From positions 572 to 64,571 of the forward strand of contig JAJDWA010000027.1 of assembly GCA_022825825.1 (NCBI GenBank): 64,000 nucleotides of DNA. The letters run 5' to 3'. This document shows positions 50,605 to 60,074 of the stretch, one piece after another. The stretch is from Candidatus Poribacteria bacterium. GTDB taxonomy: Bacteria > Poribacteria > WGA-4E > WGA-3G. A program made the translations under genes and the position numbers. The notes under the pieces are model-generated. The model ran no database searches. It was not told where the DNA came from and saw only the letters and a list, made by a program, of their open reading frames with translations. Within the stretch, counting starts at the first letter, position 1; every line of letters begins with the position of its first letter.

Positions 50605-52716
50605 CTACTTTGCAAATGGCGTTCCATCTGCCTTTCCAAGATAGATGTGGTATGTATTATCGCTACAGACTGGAATTGTAACTTGCTTTTGAATATACAC
50701 ACGCTGATATGTTTGTGTCCCTTTTTCAAATACCGACTGCACAGCCCGAATACGCAAATTATAACGTTCCTGAGTCAAATTTGAAAACCAAAATATACCC
50801 TGCGCGTCTGTCTCCGTTTCAAAACGGTCTAAAGTTAATGACATATCATATCGGTTTAACTCCCACGGATACCACGAGCGCGACACTAAGGCTTCCTGCA
50901 CAGGTTCGCCTGTCCCTGCCCAAAACACGTGTCCTTTTATTCCTAATGTTGGTTTGTCCGCAACGATGAGTACTTCTTCACCACCCGTAGATGGTTTCAC
51001 GCTCATTTCAGTTGCGGCAATGCCGTCTCCTACAATGTAGAGTTTATACTTTTCCTCAAAGAGACCATCCAATACAAAAGTCGTTTCTGTTACTGGAAAT
51101 TGTTTAGACAAAAGTGGTCTGTTCAATACTAAAGGATTTAACGTTGGTTCCATTTTGGCATTTTCAGGGAAAACTTTTACCTCATAAAAGCCATCAATCG
51201 GAACATCACGTGGTAGGATAACACGTCCTTTAATTGTAAATCCTTTTTGAAGCGGAACGATCAACGGATCTTTTCCGATTTCCACATTTGGGTAGCCCCT
51301 TGAAAGATAACCTTCTTTCGACACCTCTACAGACAGAAGATGTGGCTCCGTGTCTAATAATTGCATCCGAAAAACACCTTTTATATCCGTTTGCGTCATG
51401 GCAAGGATCAAACCGTGTCCATGTGTAATTTCGCTCTGGCGTATACCGTAAAGTTTAGCATTCGCTATAGGACGTTGTTTGGCATCAATGACCGTGCCGT
51501 GCAACGTCTTTAGTTTGGGCAATCGGATTTTAAATTGTTTTTTATTTTTGGGATTAACCGACTCTAAGAAGGCAATAATAACACCGTTTTGAGAAATTGT
51601 CAAACTGTATTCAATCGGATAGAGTTCAGAGAAGAGGAAATTGCCATCACTGTCAGTTTGCACAGTATGTTCAGGCTGCGCTGCAGCGCGAAAAAAGTCG
51701 GCAGACTTGTTGTGCATTTTTAGATGCACCGTAAGTCCATCAACTGTGTAATTTGAATTTGATTTAGAAACCTTGCCTTGCAGCGACAGGAAAGGGTTCA
51801 GCGTAAGTTCACCTAATATATACACATCTTTGTTTGGTTCCATATCCCATCGCCAACGGTGTGTCTGATACCGTGGATGTGAGGCTATTAGTGTAAAAGC
51901 GTAATAGGTTTCTGCATCATTTGGTGTGGTTAGAAGGAATTCACCGTTTGTATCCGCCTCCGTTTCATGAGCGAACGTTCCATCAGGATAAATGCTGTCA
52001 ATCTTTTCTGATGCTACACTGACGAATACATCAGGAATAGGTTGTCCATTTTCAGCATCAACAAAGCGTCCATAGAGAGACGCGCCCGGTTTCAAAAACG
52101 CCTCTACGCCGCCGACATGACCTCCTGGATAAACGGGCACTACAGGAGAATCGGATATAGCGAATACATAACCGTCAAAAGCATCAATAATAACATATCG
52201 CCCCGACAACAGATTTTTGACTTCAAAATACCCGTTGGATACCTCACCGTGATATGTCCTTTCTATCCACTCATCACCAGAAGTGAGAAGTCCAACTTGG
52301 ATTTTTCCGGTTATCGGTAACGGAAGTTTGTTATTGGAATCAAGCAAAAACCCGGAAATAACGCCTGTCCCCTCAATAACAAAGTCGGCTTTAGCTTCGG
52401 TTCTTTCGCTAACCGTAACTTTACGTTCTGCAAGTAGTGTGCTATCGTGCCGTACTTTTACCTTCCAAGCACCAGCAGGGAGGTTCGTTAGTGCAAACTG
52501 CCCACCCGAATTCGTTTTAGCGGCATAAGTTACGTTGTCTTTTTGGGATACAGCTGAAATGACGTAATCGGAGAGTGGATTGTTTTGTTTATCTGTGACT
52601 TGTCCCTGAATTGTGCCAAAGTGTGTATTGGGAACCTCCTGAGATTGGCAAATTTCGATGGAAGGACTAAAATAGAATAGAAGTGAAAAAAAACAGATAA
52701 GAATAGTTTTTGGCAT
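50605..52716 (-). CDS. Secreted protein with multiple carboxypeptidase-regulatory-like (CarbopepD_reg / Cna-B-like) domains.
   Basis: Start at MPKTILICFFSLLF. The repeated pattern G.V.D....Pl..a.v....g....t.t...G.F.l..l.aG.y recurs about 6 times. Confidence 0.65.
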   Translation of the reverse strand: MPKTILICFFSLLFYFSPSIEICQSQEVPNTHFGTIQGQVTDKQNNPLSDYVISAVSQKDNVTYAAKTNSGGQFALTNLPAGAWKVKVRHDSTLLAERKVTVSERTEAKADFVIEGTGVISGFLLDSNNKLPLPITGKIQVGLLTSGDEWIERTYHGEVSNGYFEVKNLLSGRYVIIDAFDGYVFAISDSPVVPVYPGGHVGGVEAFLKPGASLYGRFVDAENGQPIPDVFVSVASEKIDSIYPDGTFAHETEADTNGEFLLTTPNDAETYYAFTLIASHPRYQTHRWRWDMEPNKDVYILGELTLNPFLSLQGKVSKSNSNYTVDGLTVHLKMHNKSADFFRAAAQPEHTVQTDSDGNFLFSELYPIEYSLTISQNGVIIAFLESVNPKNKKQFKIRLPKLKTLHGTVIDAKQRPIANAKLYGIRQSEITHGHGLILAMTQTDIKGVFRMQLLDTEPHLLSVEVSKEGYLSRGYPNVEIGKDPLIVPLQKGFTIKGRVILPRDVPIDGFYEVKVFPENAKMEPTLNPLVLNRPLLSKQFPVTETTFVLDGLFEEKYKLYIVGDGIAATEMSVKPSTGGEEVLIVADKPTLGIKGHVFWAGTGEPVQEALVSRSWYPWELNRYDMSLTLDRFETETDAQGIFWFSNLTQERYNLRIRAVQSVFEKGTQTYQRVYIQKQVTIPVCSDNTYHIYLGKADGTPFAK

Positions 52717-52928
52717 TCGGTTTGCCCGATTAACAATAGGTGGTCTATGATCGTTGTCTGAACAACGATGCTGTGAACTAACGACAATGTGCATTCGGTA
52801 CCAGATAAGGCAAGATGGAACATTTTTTAGCTGCGCACCGCAATTGATCTAACTTAAGCATAACCCATCTGCAAAAAAGAATCAAGGTGTCTCATAAATA
52901 GGCAGGGTTATTAGTTTTCGGTTTTTCT

Positions 52929-53130
52929 GTGCACTTTATCACAAGAAGCGTCTGCAAAACGCTTATTCGCTGGACGCGTGGACATTGGTCAATAGAGAAT
53001 AAGTCGCACTGGATACAGTGCTCGGAGAAGACACCTCATCTGTCAGATGTGTTGCTATTCCACAAGTTATGGCAGCTTTGCGTAATACCGCATTATCAGT
53101 ATTCCGATTTGCAGGGGTCGCGCGTATAGC
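52929..53130 (+). pseudogene. Frameshifted C-terminal remnant of an ISAs1/IS4-family transposase.
   Basis: RGHWSIENKSHW matches the HWxIENxxHW C-terminal signature. A neighbouring frame continues with MAALRNTALSVF, which resembles the ...AVLRHIALNLL tail. There is no N-terminal body. Confidence 0.4.
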
Positions 53131-53277
53131 TGATACAATGAAGCATTTCACTTCAAATCCTAAACTCGCAATTAACCTGATAAACTGGAATACTTAAAAC
53201 TAAATAACCCTGTGTCATTCCACATAAATTGGATATTTTTTAGAAGTTATGCTATCCTTTAACAAGAGGAGGGAGCT

Positions 53278-53730
53278 ATGCGAAAAATGTGGATAAAACG
53301 CACTGTGCAGATTTGCGCATGTGTTGTGCTCTGTTGTATGTTTGCAGTGGCACAGAAAAATGAGGGCACGACAAAGGAAGGTATTACTTTGGCTGACCTC
53401 GGTGTGACACCGGAACAGAAAATCCAAATTGAGGCGATGTGGAAACTAAAACGCCAGAAACATGGGCAGGCAGTCAAAGATTTGAAGACCTTGAATCGAT
53501 TTGTAAAGGATACACTTATCAGTGAGAAAGAGATTGAGGAGACACTGAAAAAATTCCGAACGAAACGGAAAGAGATGCAGAATGAGATTGATAAGGCAGA
53601 GGAGGCGTTAATAGAAACTTTGTCGCCACATGCACAACTCCATCTGACACTTTTAGGTATTTTGGATAACGGTTTGCCTCACAGAACGGCAAGAACGCAA
53701 ACAGATAAAGCGGCAGGACAAAAAAAATAA
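53278..53730 (+). CDS. Periplasmic Spy/CpxP-family (LTXXQ-motif) protein.
   Basis: Signal peptide. LGVTPEQKIQIEAMW is an LTxxQ motif. Helical, Lys/Glu-rich, 150 aa. Confidence 0.6.
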   Translation: MRKMWIKRTVQICACVVLCCMFAVAQKNEGTTKEGITLADLGVTPEQKIQIEAMWKLKRQKHGQAVKDLKTLNRFVKDTLISEKEIEETLKKFRTKRKEMQNEIDKAEEALIETLSPHAQLHLTLLGILDNGLPHRTARTQTDKAAGQKK

Positions 53731-53772
53731 CGATGCTCCAACCCCTGCTGAACAATCACAAGACAAGACATC

Positions 53773-53848
53773 GCAATAAAGATGGTGGAGGATACCAGAC
53801 TTGAACTGGTGACCCCTTGCATGCCATGCAAGTGCTCTCCCAACTGAG
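53773..53848 (-). tRNA. tRNA-Ala (anticodon GGC).
   Basis: Minus-strand sequence GGGGGATTAGCTCAGTTGGGAGAGCACTTGCATGGCATGCAAGGGGTCACCAGTTCAAGTCTGGTATCCTCCACCA. Cloverleaf with a 7-bp acceptor including the Ala identity G3:U70, D-loop AGTTGGGA, anticodon loop AT-GGC-AT, T-arm GGTTCAAGTCC (written as GTTCAAGTCT), and an encoded CCA. Confidence 0.85.
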
Positions 53849-53934
53849 CTAATCCCCCACCTGATTTAACTATTTAAAAATGATAACATATATCCGCATA
53901 AAAAGCAAATAAATTTTAAGTTTTCAGGAAAATT

Positions 53935-54768
53935 ATGAAAAATAGCGAAACGGATACATTTTTTTATTTCGCAGATCAACCAGATAGTGAAGTAGGACTT
54001 GCCATCGGTGCGTTACTTATTGCACAAAGCGAATACCCGGATGTTGATATTGACGACTACCTTCAGAAATTGGGCGAAATGGCAGAGGAAGTGCGGGAAA
54101 GGATATCTGAAACGTTACCACCCCACGAACAGATTGCTGAATACAATCGCTATTTCTTTACGGAAAATCGGTTTAAAAGAGAGATTGTCGGCTTTTACGA
54201 ACCTGCTAACAACTATCTTAATGATGTAATTGATAGAAGAACCGGCATTGATGTAACTCTTTACGTGCTATATATCGAAATCGGTAGAAAAGCGGGCTTA
54301 CCACTTTCAGCAGTAAATGTGCCCTCCCACTGCATTGTCAAGTATAAATTCAAGCATTTCGATATTTTTTTAGATTTAGGTGACGAAGGGCGGATTATGT
54401 CAGAGGAAGCACTCCAAGAAAAATTAGAAATTGTATATGGCGAGGAAGCAGATATACAACGTAGATCGATTAATGAAGATGCGAATAAGGAGACGTTAGC
54501 TCGGATCTTACGTAATTTGGCACGGATATATACCGATGAGGATGAACACGACAAAGCGATTCAAGCACTCAAGCGCATCACATGGCTTACACCACAATAT
54601 ATGACTCCGTATCGCCGCCTCGGAAACCTCTTTTATCAAATAGGGAGTTATAATGAAGCGCTCACAGCATTTGAGACATATTTAGATGGTATAGAGAGTC
54701 CATCAGACGAAGAACATGTCATTGAAAATATTCGGATGCTCCGCAGGATACTTGCAAAGATGAATTAG
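53935..54768 (+). CDS. Transglutaminase-like / TPR protein (SirB1/UPF0162-like).
   Basis: The N-terminal half has a transglutaminase-like Cys-protease fold pattern (...VPSHCIVKY...). The C-terminal half is TPR-like (YRRLGNLFYQIGSYNEALTAFETYL). Confidence 0.55.
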   Translation: MKNSETDTFFYFADQPDSEVGLAIGALLIAQSEYPDVDIDDYLQKLGEMAEEVRERISETLPPHEQIAEYNRYFFTENRFKREIVGFYEPANNYLNDVIDRRTGIDVTLYVLYIEIGRKAGLPLSAVNVPSHCIVKYKFKHFDIFLDLGDEGRIMSEEALQEKLEIVYGEEADIQRRSINEDANKETLARILRNLARIYTDEDEHDKAIQALKRITWLTPQYMTPYRRLGNLFYQIGSYNEALTAFETYLDGIESPSDEEHVIENIRMLRRILAKMN

Positions 54769-54779
54769 AGGAGAGACTA

Positions 54780-56180
54780 ATGCTAACCAAAGCCGAAATT
54801 GCCAGCGAAAAATTAAATCCTAATTCTCATTTTTTTTCTGTTGTCCTCGCGCCAACCAATGAAGAACAGCAGCTACTTTGGACGCTTAAAAACCTCGGTA
54901 AATTACCAGAGGATTTTGATGGTCAGTTGTTTGTGCCTTTACTGGAACACCAAAATCCAAAAATTCGGTGTCTCGCTGTAAAAAATGTTGGAAAGTTAAA
55001 AGACGAACGTTTTTTAACAAAACTTGTCGCGTTTGCTGAAAATGAGAAAAACACGATCGCTCGCCGTGAAGCGGTATCAGCAATAGGTAGACTCAAAACA
55101 GAAAACGCAATTCCCATTTTGACCCAATTTACTATAGATGCTGATCCAAAGATTATACTGCAGGCACTGCGCGGGCTTCTTTACTTCAGAGAACATCCTA
55201 AAGTCCAATTAGCGTTAGCATCTCTTGCTGAACACCCTAATGAAATGATTCGAGAACAAATAGCTAAAGAACTGAAGGACCGTAGGCAGGCAGAAACCTC
55301 CAAAACGCGAAACCATTCTGCCAGTCCAGAGGCGCTTAAAAATGTAATGGTCCGTGCAGATGTTCAGGATGTGTTAAAGGTGGTTCCGGACGAGTCAGTG
55401 CATCTCACTTTTACTTCTCCACCGTACTATAATGCACGCGACTACACCATTTTTCCGAGTTATGAAGCGTACCTTGATTTTCTGACTGCTGTATTCAAGG
55501 AAACGCATCGTATTACTAAAGAGGGAAGGTTCTTTGTTCTTAACACGTCCCCTGTTATTGTGCCACGGATTAGCCGCGCCCATTCCAGCAAACGGTATGC
55601 TATTCCTTACGATATTCACCCGCGTCTCACTGAAATTGGCTGGGAGTTTATTGACGACATCGTATGGGTAAAACCAGAATACGCCGCGAAGAATCGAAAC
55701 GGAGGATTTTTCCAACATCGTAAACCACTTGGTTACAAGGCAAATTCTGTCACTGAAAGCGTTATGGTGTACCGTAAAAAAACAGACAAGTTGATTGATT
55801 GGAATCTACGTCAGTATGACGATGAAACAATTGCCGCAAGTAAAGTTATGGGTGAATATGAAAAAACGAATGTTTGGCAGATCAATCCTGCAACTGACAA
55901 AGTCCATCCCGCAATTTTTCCACCCGAATTGGCTGCGCGTGTTATTCAGTTTTATTCTTTTAAAGGTGACCTTGTTTTTGACCCATTTGGTGGCAGTGGA
56001 ACTGTCGGACACGTTGCTCTGACTCATGAAAGATACTTTTTCCTCTGTGAGAAAGAGGCAGAATATGTTGAACGTGCTGAGCAGATGCTTGATACATCCT
56101 TATTTCCTACCACAAACCCTCGGACACTTTCACTTACCGAATTAAAATCTGATATTGCAAAGGAAACTCAAAAGTTATGA
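54780..56180 (+). CDS. DNA methyltransferase (beta-class N4C/N6A, N6_N4_Mtase domain) fused to an N-terminal HEAT-repeat domain.
   Basis: Residues about 40-190 are HEAT/PBS-lyase-like repeats (NPKIRCLAVKNVGKL..., ARREAVSAIGRL..., DPKIILQALRGL...). The catalytic motif IV TSPPYYNARDY then precedes motif I FDPFGGSGTVGHVA, which is beta-class order. SPPY favours N4-cytosine. Confidence 0.8.
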   Translation: MLTKAEIASEKLNPNSHFFSVVLAPTNEEQQLLWTLKNLGKLPEDFDGQLFVPLLEHQNPKIRCLAVKNVGKLKDERFLTKLVAFAENEKNTIARREAVSAIGRLKTENAIPILTQFTIDADPKIILQALRGLLYFREHPKVQLALASLAEHPNEMIREQIAKELKDRRQAETSKTRNHSASPEALKNVMVRADVQDVLKVVPDESVHLTFTSPPYYNARDYTIFPSYEAYLDFLTAVFKETHRITKEGRFFVLNTSPVIVPRISRAHSSKRYAIPYDIHPRLTEIGWEFIDDIVWVKPEYAAKNRNGGFFQHRKPLGYKANSVTESVMVYRKKTDKLIDWNLRQYDDETIAASKVMGEYEKTNVWQINPATDKVHPAIFPPELAARVIQFYSFKGDLVFDPFGGSGTVGHVALTHERYFFLCEKEAEYVERAEQMLDTSLFPTTNPRTLSLTELKSDIAKETQKL

Positions 56181-56689
56181 CTGTTACTGGTGCCGTTATA
56201 AAAAATATCATTCGCAAACTTTTTGCAGGAGAAGATTATCGCACCGAAGTTCTTGCTTTGATTAATGCTGGGTTCTTGCAATATGCTGTAGACTTTTTCA
56301 AACGTGTAGCTTGTGCAAAGCTGGATAATAAATCTGTAACGGTTGACTGGTACAAAAAGGAATTCCTCAATTCAGATTCATTCCGTCCAGAGGAAATTGC
56401 TATTCATTCAGGTCTAAACAAGAAAACAATTACAAATGCATACAATTCAGCTAAGAAACAAATTGTGTTAGACGCATCCTTAGAACATTATGATACTCTT
56501 TATAACGCTATTAACAGTTTGACTGAACAAGATGAGCTTGATGTGACACTTACAATAAAATTCCGAGATGTTAGTGTTGATTTGAATATTAATGAAAGTT
56601 TAATTGTTATCAATACACTCGCTGTTAAACGTTCTGCGCTCCGTGGAGCGTTTTGGAGCACATCAGGAAACAGGTCGAAAAACCGTTGA
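56177..56689 (+). CDS. Hypothetical protein, candidate N-terminal half of a restriction endonuclease.
   Basis: Its ATG overlaps the methyltransferase stop (ATGA). It overlaps the next ORF by 37 nt in a different frame. No motif. Confidence 0.4.
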   Translation: MTVTGAVIKNIIRKLFAGEDYRTEVLALINAGFLQYAVDFFKRVACAKLDNKSVTVDWYKKEFLNSDSFRPEEIAIHSGLNKKTITNAYNSAKKQIVLDASLEHYDTLYNAINSLTEQDELDVTLTIKFRDVSVDLNINESLIVINTLAVKRSALRGAFWSTSGNRSKNR

Positions 56690-57168
56690 TGGTGACACTT
56701 TGTGCGCTTTTCCAAGTGCCGAAAAAATGCTTTGACCAAAAGAATCTTCCAGAATCGGAACGCGAATCCGACTTTTATCTATTTGACGAAACAGGGAAGA
56801 ATTATCCTTGTGAAGTAAAGTTGATGGGAAAAGGTAACCCCGAAAGTGCTGACGCGGTGTTCGCTCGTGGTGGCCGCGTCCTTGTTGCCAATAAACTTTC
56901 TGATACAAATAAACAACAGATGGATAGAGATGGTATTCTCTGGGTTGAACTTCAAACTCAAGATGGATACAAACGATTTGAACAAGTTCTAAAGGCACTG
57001 TCAATTCCTTGTAAACCTTTTACTGGAAATCTTGAAGAAGCGTTAGAAAAAATTTTATCTCTTATTCTTTCCGATGATGTTCAAGATTCGGTAACCCCAG
57101 AGGTGGTTTTGCAAGAACGTTTATTTAATAACAATTCCGCTTCCGAATTACTGATTGAATTTGAATGA
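56653..57168 (+). CDS. Candidate PD-(D/E)xK nuclease (restriction endonuclease C-terminal half), TTG start in the ORF track.
   Basis: DFYLFDETGKNYPCEVKLMGKG gives a D...(E)xK catalytic-core-like arrangement. Its stop overlaps the tsaB start (ATGA). The frame is shifted relative to 56177..56689, so this may be one frameshifted gene. Confidence 0.4.
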   Translation: MEHIRKQVEKPLMVTLCALFQVPKKCFDQKNLPESERESDFYLFDETGKNYPCEVKLMGKGNPESADAVFARGGRVLVANKLSDTNKQQMDRDGILWVELQTQDGYKRFEQVLKALSIPCKPFTGNLEEALEKILSLILSDDVQDSVTPEVVLQERLFNNNSASELLIEFE

Positions 57169-57845
57169 AAATATTAGGCATTGACACCTCAACCCCTATC
57201 GGCAGTGTTGCCCTCATAGATGACGAAAACATAGTCGCTGAGCACACCCTTAATATCGTCCAAGCACATTCTTCCAGACTAATGCCCGCAATTGACACTG
57301 TCCTGAAATGGGGTGATATTACGCCAAATGATTTAGATGGCTGCGTTGTCGGTATCGGCCCTGGGTCGTTTACTGGTATCCGCATCGGCGTTGCAACAGC
57401 CAAATCGCTCTGCTATGCTGTAGACAAACCAATCGTTGGTGTGTCAACTTTAGAGGCAATCGCTTATAATCTGCGGTGGACAGACGGGTTTGTCTGTCCG
57501 ATCCTTGATGCTCGGCGGCGTGAGATTTATGGGAGTATCTTTCACGGTGGCATAGAATGGCAACGACTCACGGACGATCTCTGCTTACCGATTGATGCAT
57601 TTTTAGATGAGCTGGATAGTCATGTCTCACCAGATTCTGCCATCATTTTTGTTGGGGATGGTCTTGTGACGTACGGAGATGCAGTCCGTGAACGACTTGA
57701 TGAGGCAGCATGCTTTGCAGATGCAATTCTTAATGTGCCGCGCGGCGCCACTATTGCTCAACTCGGCGCGCAACGTCTGAAGCAAGGTGATAATGATAGT
57801 TATTGGACTTTAGTGCCGAACTATGTTAGAATCGGGTTGTATTGA
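57165..57845 (+). CDS. tsaB: tRNA threonylcarbamoyladenosine biosynthesis protein TsaB.
   Basis: MKILGIDTSTPIGSVALIDDENIVAE...GPGSFTGIRIGVATAKSL. Confidence 0.85.
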   Translation: MKILGIDTSTPIGSVALIDDENIVAEHTLNIVQAHSSRLMPAIDTVLKWGDITPNDLDGCVVGIGPGSFTGIRIGVATAKSLCYAVDKPIVGVSTLEAIAYNLRWTDGFVCPILDARRREIYGSIFHGGIEWQRLTDDLCLPIDAFLDELDSHVSPDSAIIFVGDGLVTYGDAVRERLDEAACFADAILNVPRGATIAQLGAQRLKQGDNDSYWTLVPNYVRIGLY

Positions 57846-57908
57846 TAGCTCACAACTGAAACTGATTCCTAAATAACCCACCCATTTTTCAATTTGCTTT
57901 TCCATGAA

Positions 57909-59339
57909 ATGAACCGTATTTTCAAAAACACGTCTACGCTGTTCAGCGCACACCTTATTGGCCGCCTCGGTTCACTCGTCATAACGATCTGGTTGATGCC
58001 TCGTTTTTTTGACGATAGTGAATTGGGCGGCTATTTTGTTGCAATCGCCTTAACGAACCTCATTGCGATCCTGACAGAACTCGGTATACATAACCCATTG
58101 ATTCGGGAGATGACACTAAACCTCTCTCAAACGCGGCATTTTCTCGGCAATGCCCTCCTCGTTGGTCTCGTCTTGTCTGTTGTAGCATACGCGCTCATGA
58201 TTGTCAGTGGTGTATTTCTGGGATACGCCTCAAGGACCGTGACGATGATAGCCTATTTAGGGTTAGCGGAGATTGTCAACTCTATCGCACAACTCTATAG
58301 ATGTGTCTTCCGTGCACATGAGGAGATGAAATATGAGGCGTTGACGGTGGTTGCCGAACGCGGTACTTTTTTTCTTATCGGGGGCAGCGCAATCCTACTC
58401 GGATACGGACTTGTGAACGTATGTCAAGCAATGCTGATAGCAGGTTGTATTAACCTGATTTTGAGCATCGGATTCACTCGGTATCGCTTCACGCCGCTCC
58501 GTTTCGAACCGAGTCGCCGGATTGTAGTAGTGCTAATGCAGCAGGCGCTGCCGTTTGCAGTCGGCAATCTATTCAACCTACTCTATTTTCGGATTGATGC
58601 GATTATGTTGTCAAAACTGAGCCCGTATGGTACAGATGCGAATGCATGGTATGGTTTGGCGTATACGATTGTCAATGCCTTCACGACGTTGCCAGGTGCT
58701 TTTATGATGGGGGCAATGTTTCCTGTGCTGTCCCGTGCGTATGAAAGGGATCGAGATAGATTGTCAGATGTATATACGTTCGGTGTGCGGTGGATGGTGA
58801 TATGTGCCGTGCCGTTAGCAGTTGGACTTGCAGTGCTATCCCATGAAATTACCGATGCGTTGCTTCCTACCGATACTATTAAGGCTAAGAATACTATGAA
58901 AGAGGTCGCGATTGCACTACGATGGCTAAGTGGTCCGGGCGGTTTGATTTTCATAACAACTGTTGTCTTGACAATGCTGCGTGCTGCGGATAAACGTCGC
59001 GCGTTTTCTGTACTTATGGGAACAACGGCACTTCTGAATATCTGTTTGAACCTAATATTAATTCCGCGTTTTAGCCACGCTGGTGCTGCAATCGCGATGG
59101 TTATCAGTGAAGTGTATCTGCTTGTCGTTGGGTTTGGTTATATTTCAAAACGGATTACTAAACTCACTGAGACCCGTTTTATCTTTAAATCCATTATTCT
59201 TTCTACTGTGATGGGAGTAGGTTTGGTATTATTGAAGGGGATTCTGTCTATCTGGATTCTGATTCCATTGGCGATGGTGTTTTATGGTAGCGGGGTTTTT
59301 GTTTTAGGGGAATTTCGGACAAAATTTGCATTTGATTAA
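57909..59339 (+). CDS. Polysaccharide-biosynthesis / oligosaccharide flippase (MOP superfamily, Wzx-like).
   Basis: About 14 TM helices. N-terminus MNRIFKNTSTLFSAHLIGRLGSLVITIWL is typical of Wzx/MurJ-like proteins. Confidence 0.7.
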   Translation: MNRIFKNTSTLFSAHLIGRLGSLVITIWLMPRFFDDSELGGYFVAIALTNLIAILTELGIHNPLIREMTLNLSQTRHFLGNALLVGLVLSVVAYALMIVSGVFLGYASRTVTMIAYLGLAEIVNSIAQLYRCVFRAHEEMKYEALTVVAERGTFFLIGGSAILLGYGLVNVCQAMLIAGCINLILSIGFTRYRFTPLRFEPSRRIVVVLMQQALPFAVGNLFNLLYFRIDAIMLSKLSPYGTDANAWYGLAYTIVNAFTTLPGAFMMGAMFPVLSRAYERDRDRLSDVYTFGVRWMVICAVPLAVGLAVLSHEITDALLPTDTIKAKNTMKEVAIALRWLSGPGGLIFITTVVLTMLRAADKRRAFSVLMGTTALLNICLNLILIPRFSHAGAAIAMVISEVYLLVVGFGYISKRITKLTETRFIFKSIILSTVMGVGLVLLKGILSIWILIPLAMVFYGSGVFVLGEFRTKFAFD

Positions 59340-59440
59340 ATCTTAGAATTTACGCTTCCATAGGAAAACGCTTGATATATTCAGACAAAGATGCTAAACT
59401 TATTTTTACTACCCAACTTAGAGAATAAGGAGTTTCACTC

Positions 59441-60031
59441 ATGGATGTAGCATACACATCGGCAATCGCCGAAATAATAGAAAAATTGGAATCAGGCAAT
59501 CCACTCCCGCCGCTTGTCCCAGAAAATGCATGGAGCAGCGAACTTACAGATACACTATTAGCTTTATCGTTGGAAGAACTTTTTGACGGGCAATCGCTGA
59601 AAGATGATATTTTCGGGGGCGCTATTAAGAGTGGTTTACTACTTTGGAACGATGCGTTGGACGATTCCCACGACGTATCACAAGAACTGGGTAACAACAC
59701 TGGTAGTTATTGGCACGGTATCATGCACCGTCGTGAACCGGATTATAGCAATGCTAAGTATTGGTTCGGCAGAGTCGGCACACACCCGATATTTCCTGAA
59801 CTCCGGGAACGTACTATTGCCCTTTTCAAGGAAACATCAAATCCATCAGAGGCACTATCACAAATCGGGCAAGCTATTGAAGCGCAAGAGCATTGGGACG
59901 CATACCAGTTCATTGATTGGTGTCAGGCTGCAGAAAATGACCTGTCTTTAGATGTTACTCGATTCTTACAACAGGTGCAGGCAAAAGAGATCAAACTGTT
60001 ACTCGCGCATTCTTATCGGAATGCCATTTAA
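59441..60031 (+). CDS. Hypothetical protein (196 aa).
   Basis: Has a conserved-looking block YWHGIMHRREPDYSNAKYWFGRVGTHP. No family recognised. Confidence 0.5.
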   Translation: MDVAYTSAIAEIIEKLESGNPLPPLVPENAWSSELTDTLLALSLEELFDGQSLKDDIFGGAIKSGLLLWNDALDDSHDVSQELGNNTGSYWHGIMHRREPDYSNAKYWFGRVGTHPIFPELRERTIALFKETSNPSEALSQIGQAIEAQEHWDAYQFIDWCQAAENDLSLDVTRFLQQVQAKEIKLLLAHSYRNAI

Positions 60032-60074
60032 GATGAATTATTCGGTTGTTTTAGAAATCTAAAGGAGATAGAAA

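Noticed and set aside
56177-57168. Treating ORF1 and ORF2 confidently as a single restriction endonuclease.
   Set aside because: The frames differ and I cannot verify a sequencing error. The nuclease motif is short, so both ORFs are kept separate with low confidence.
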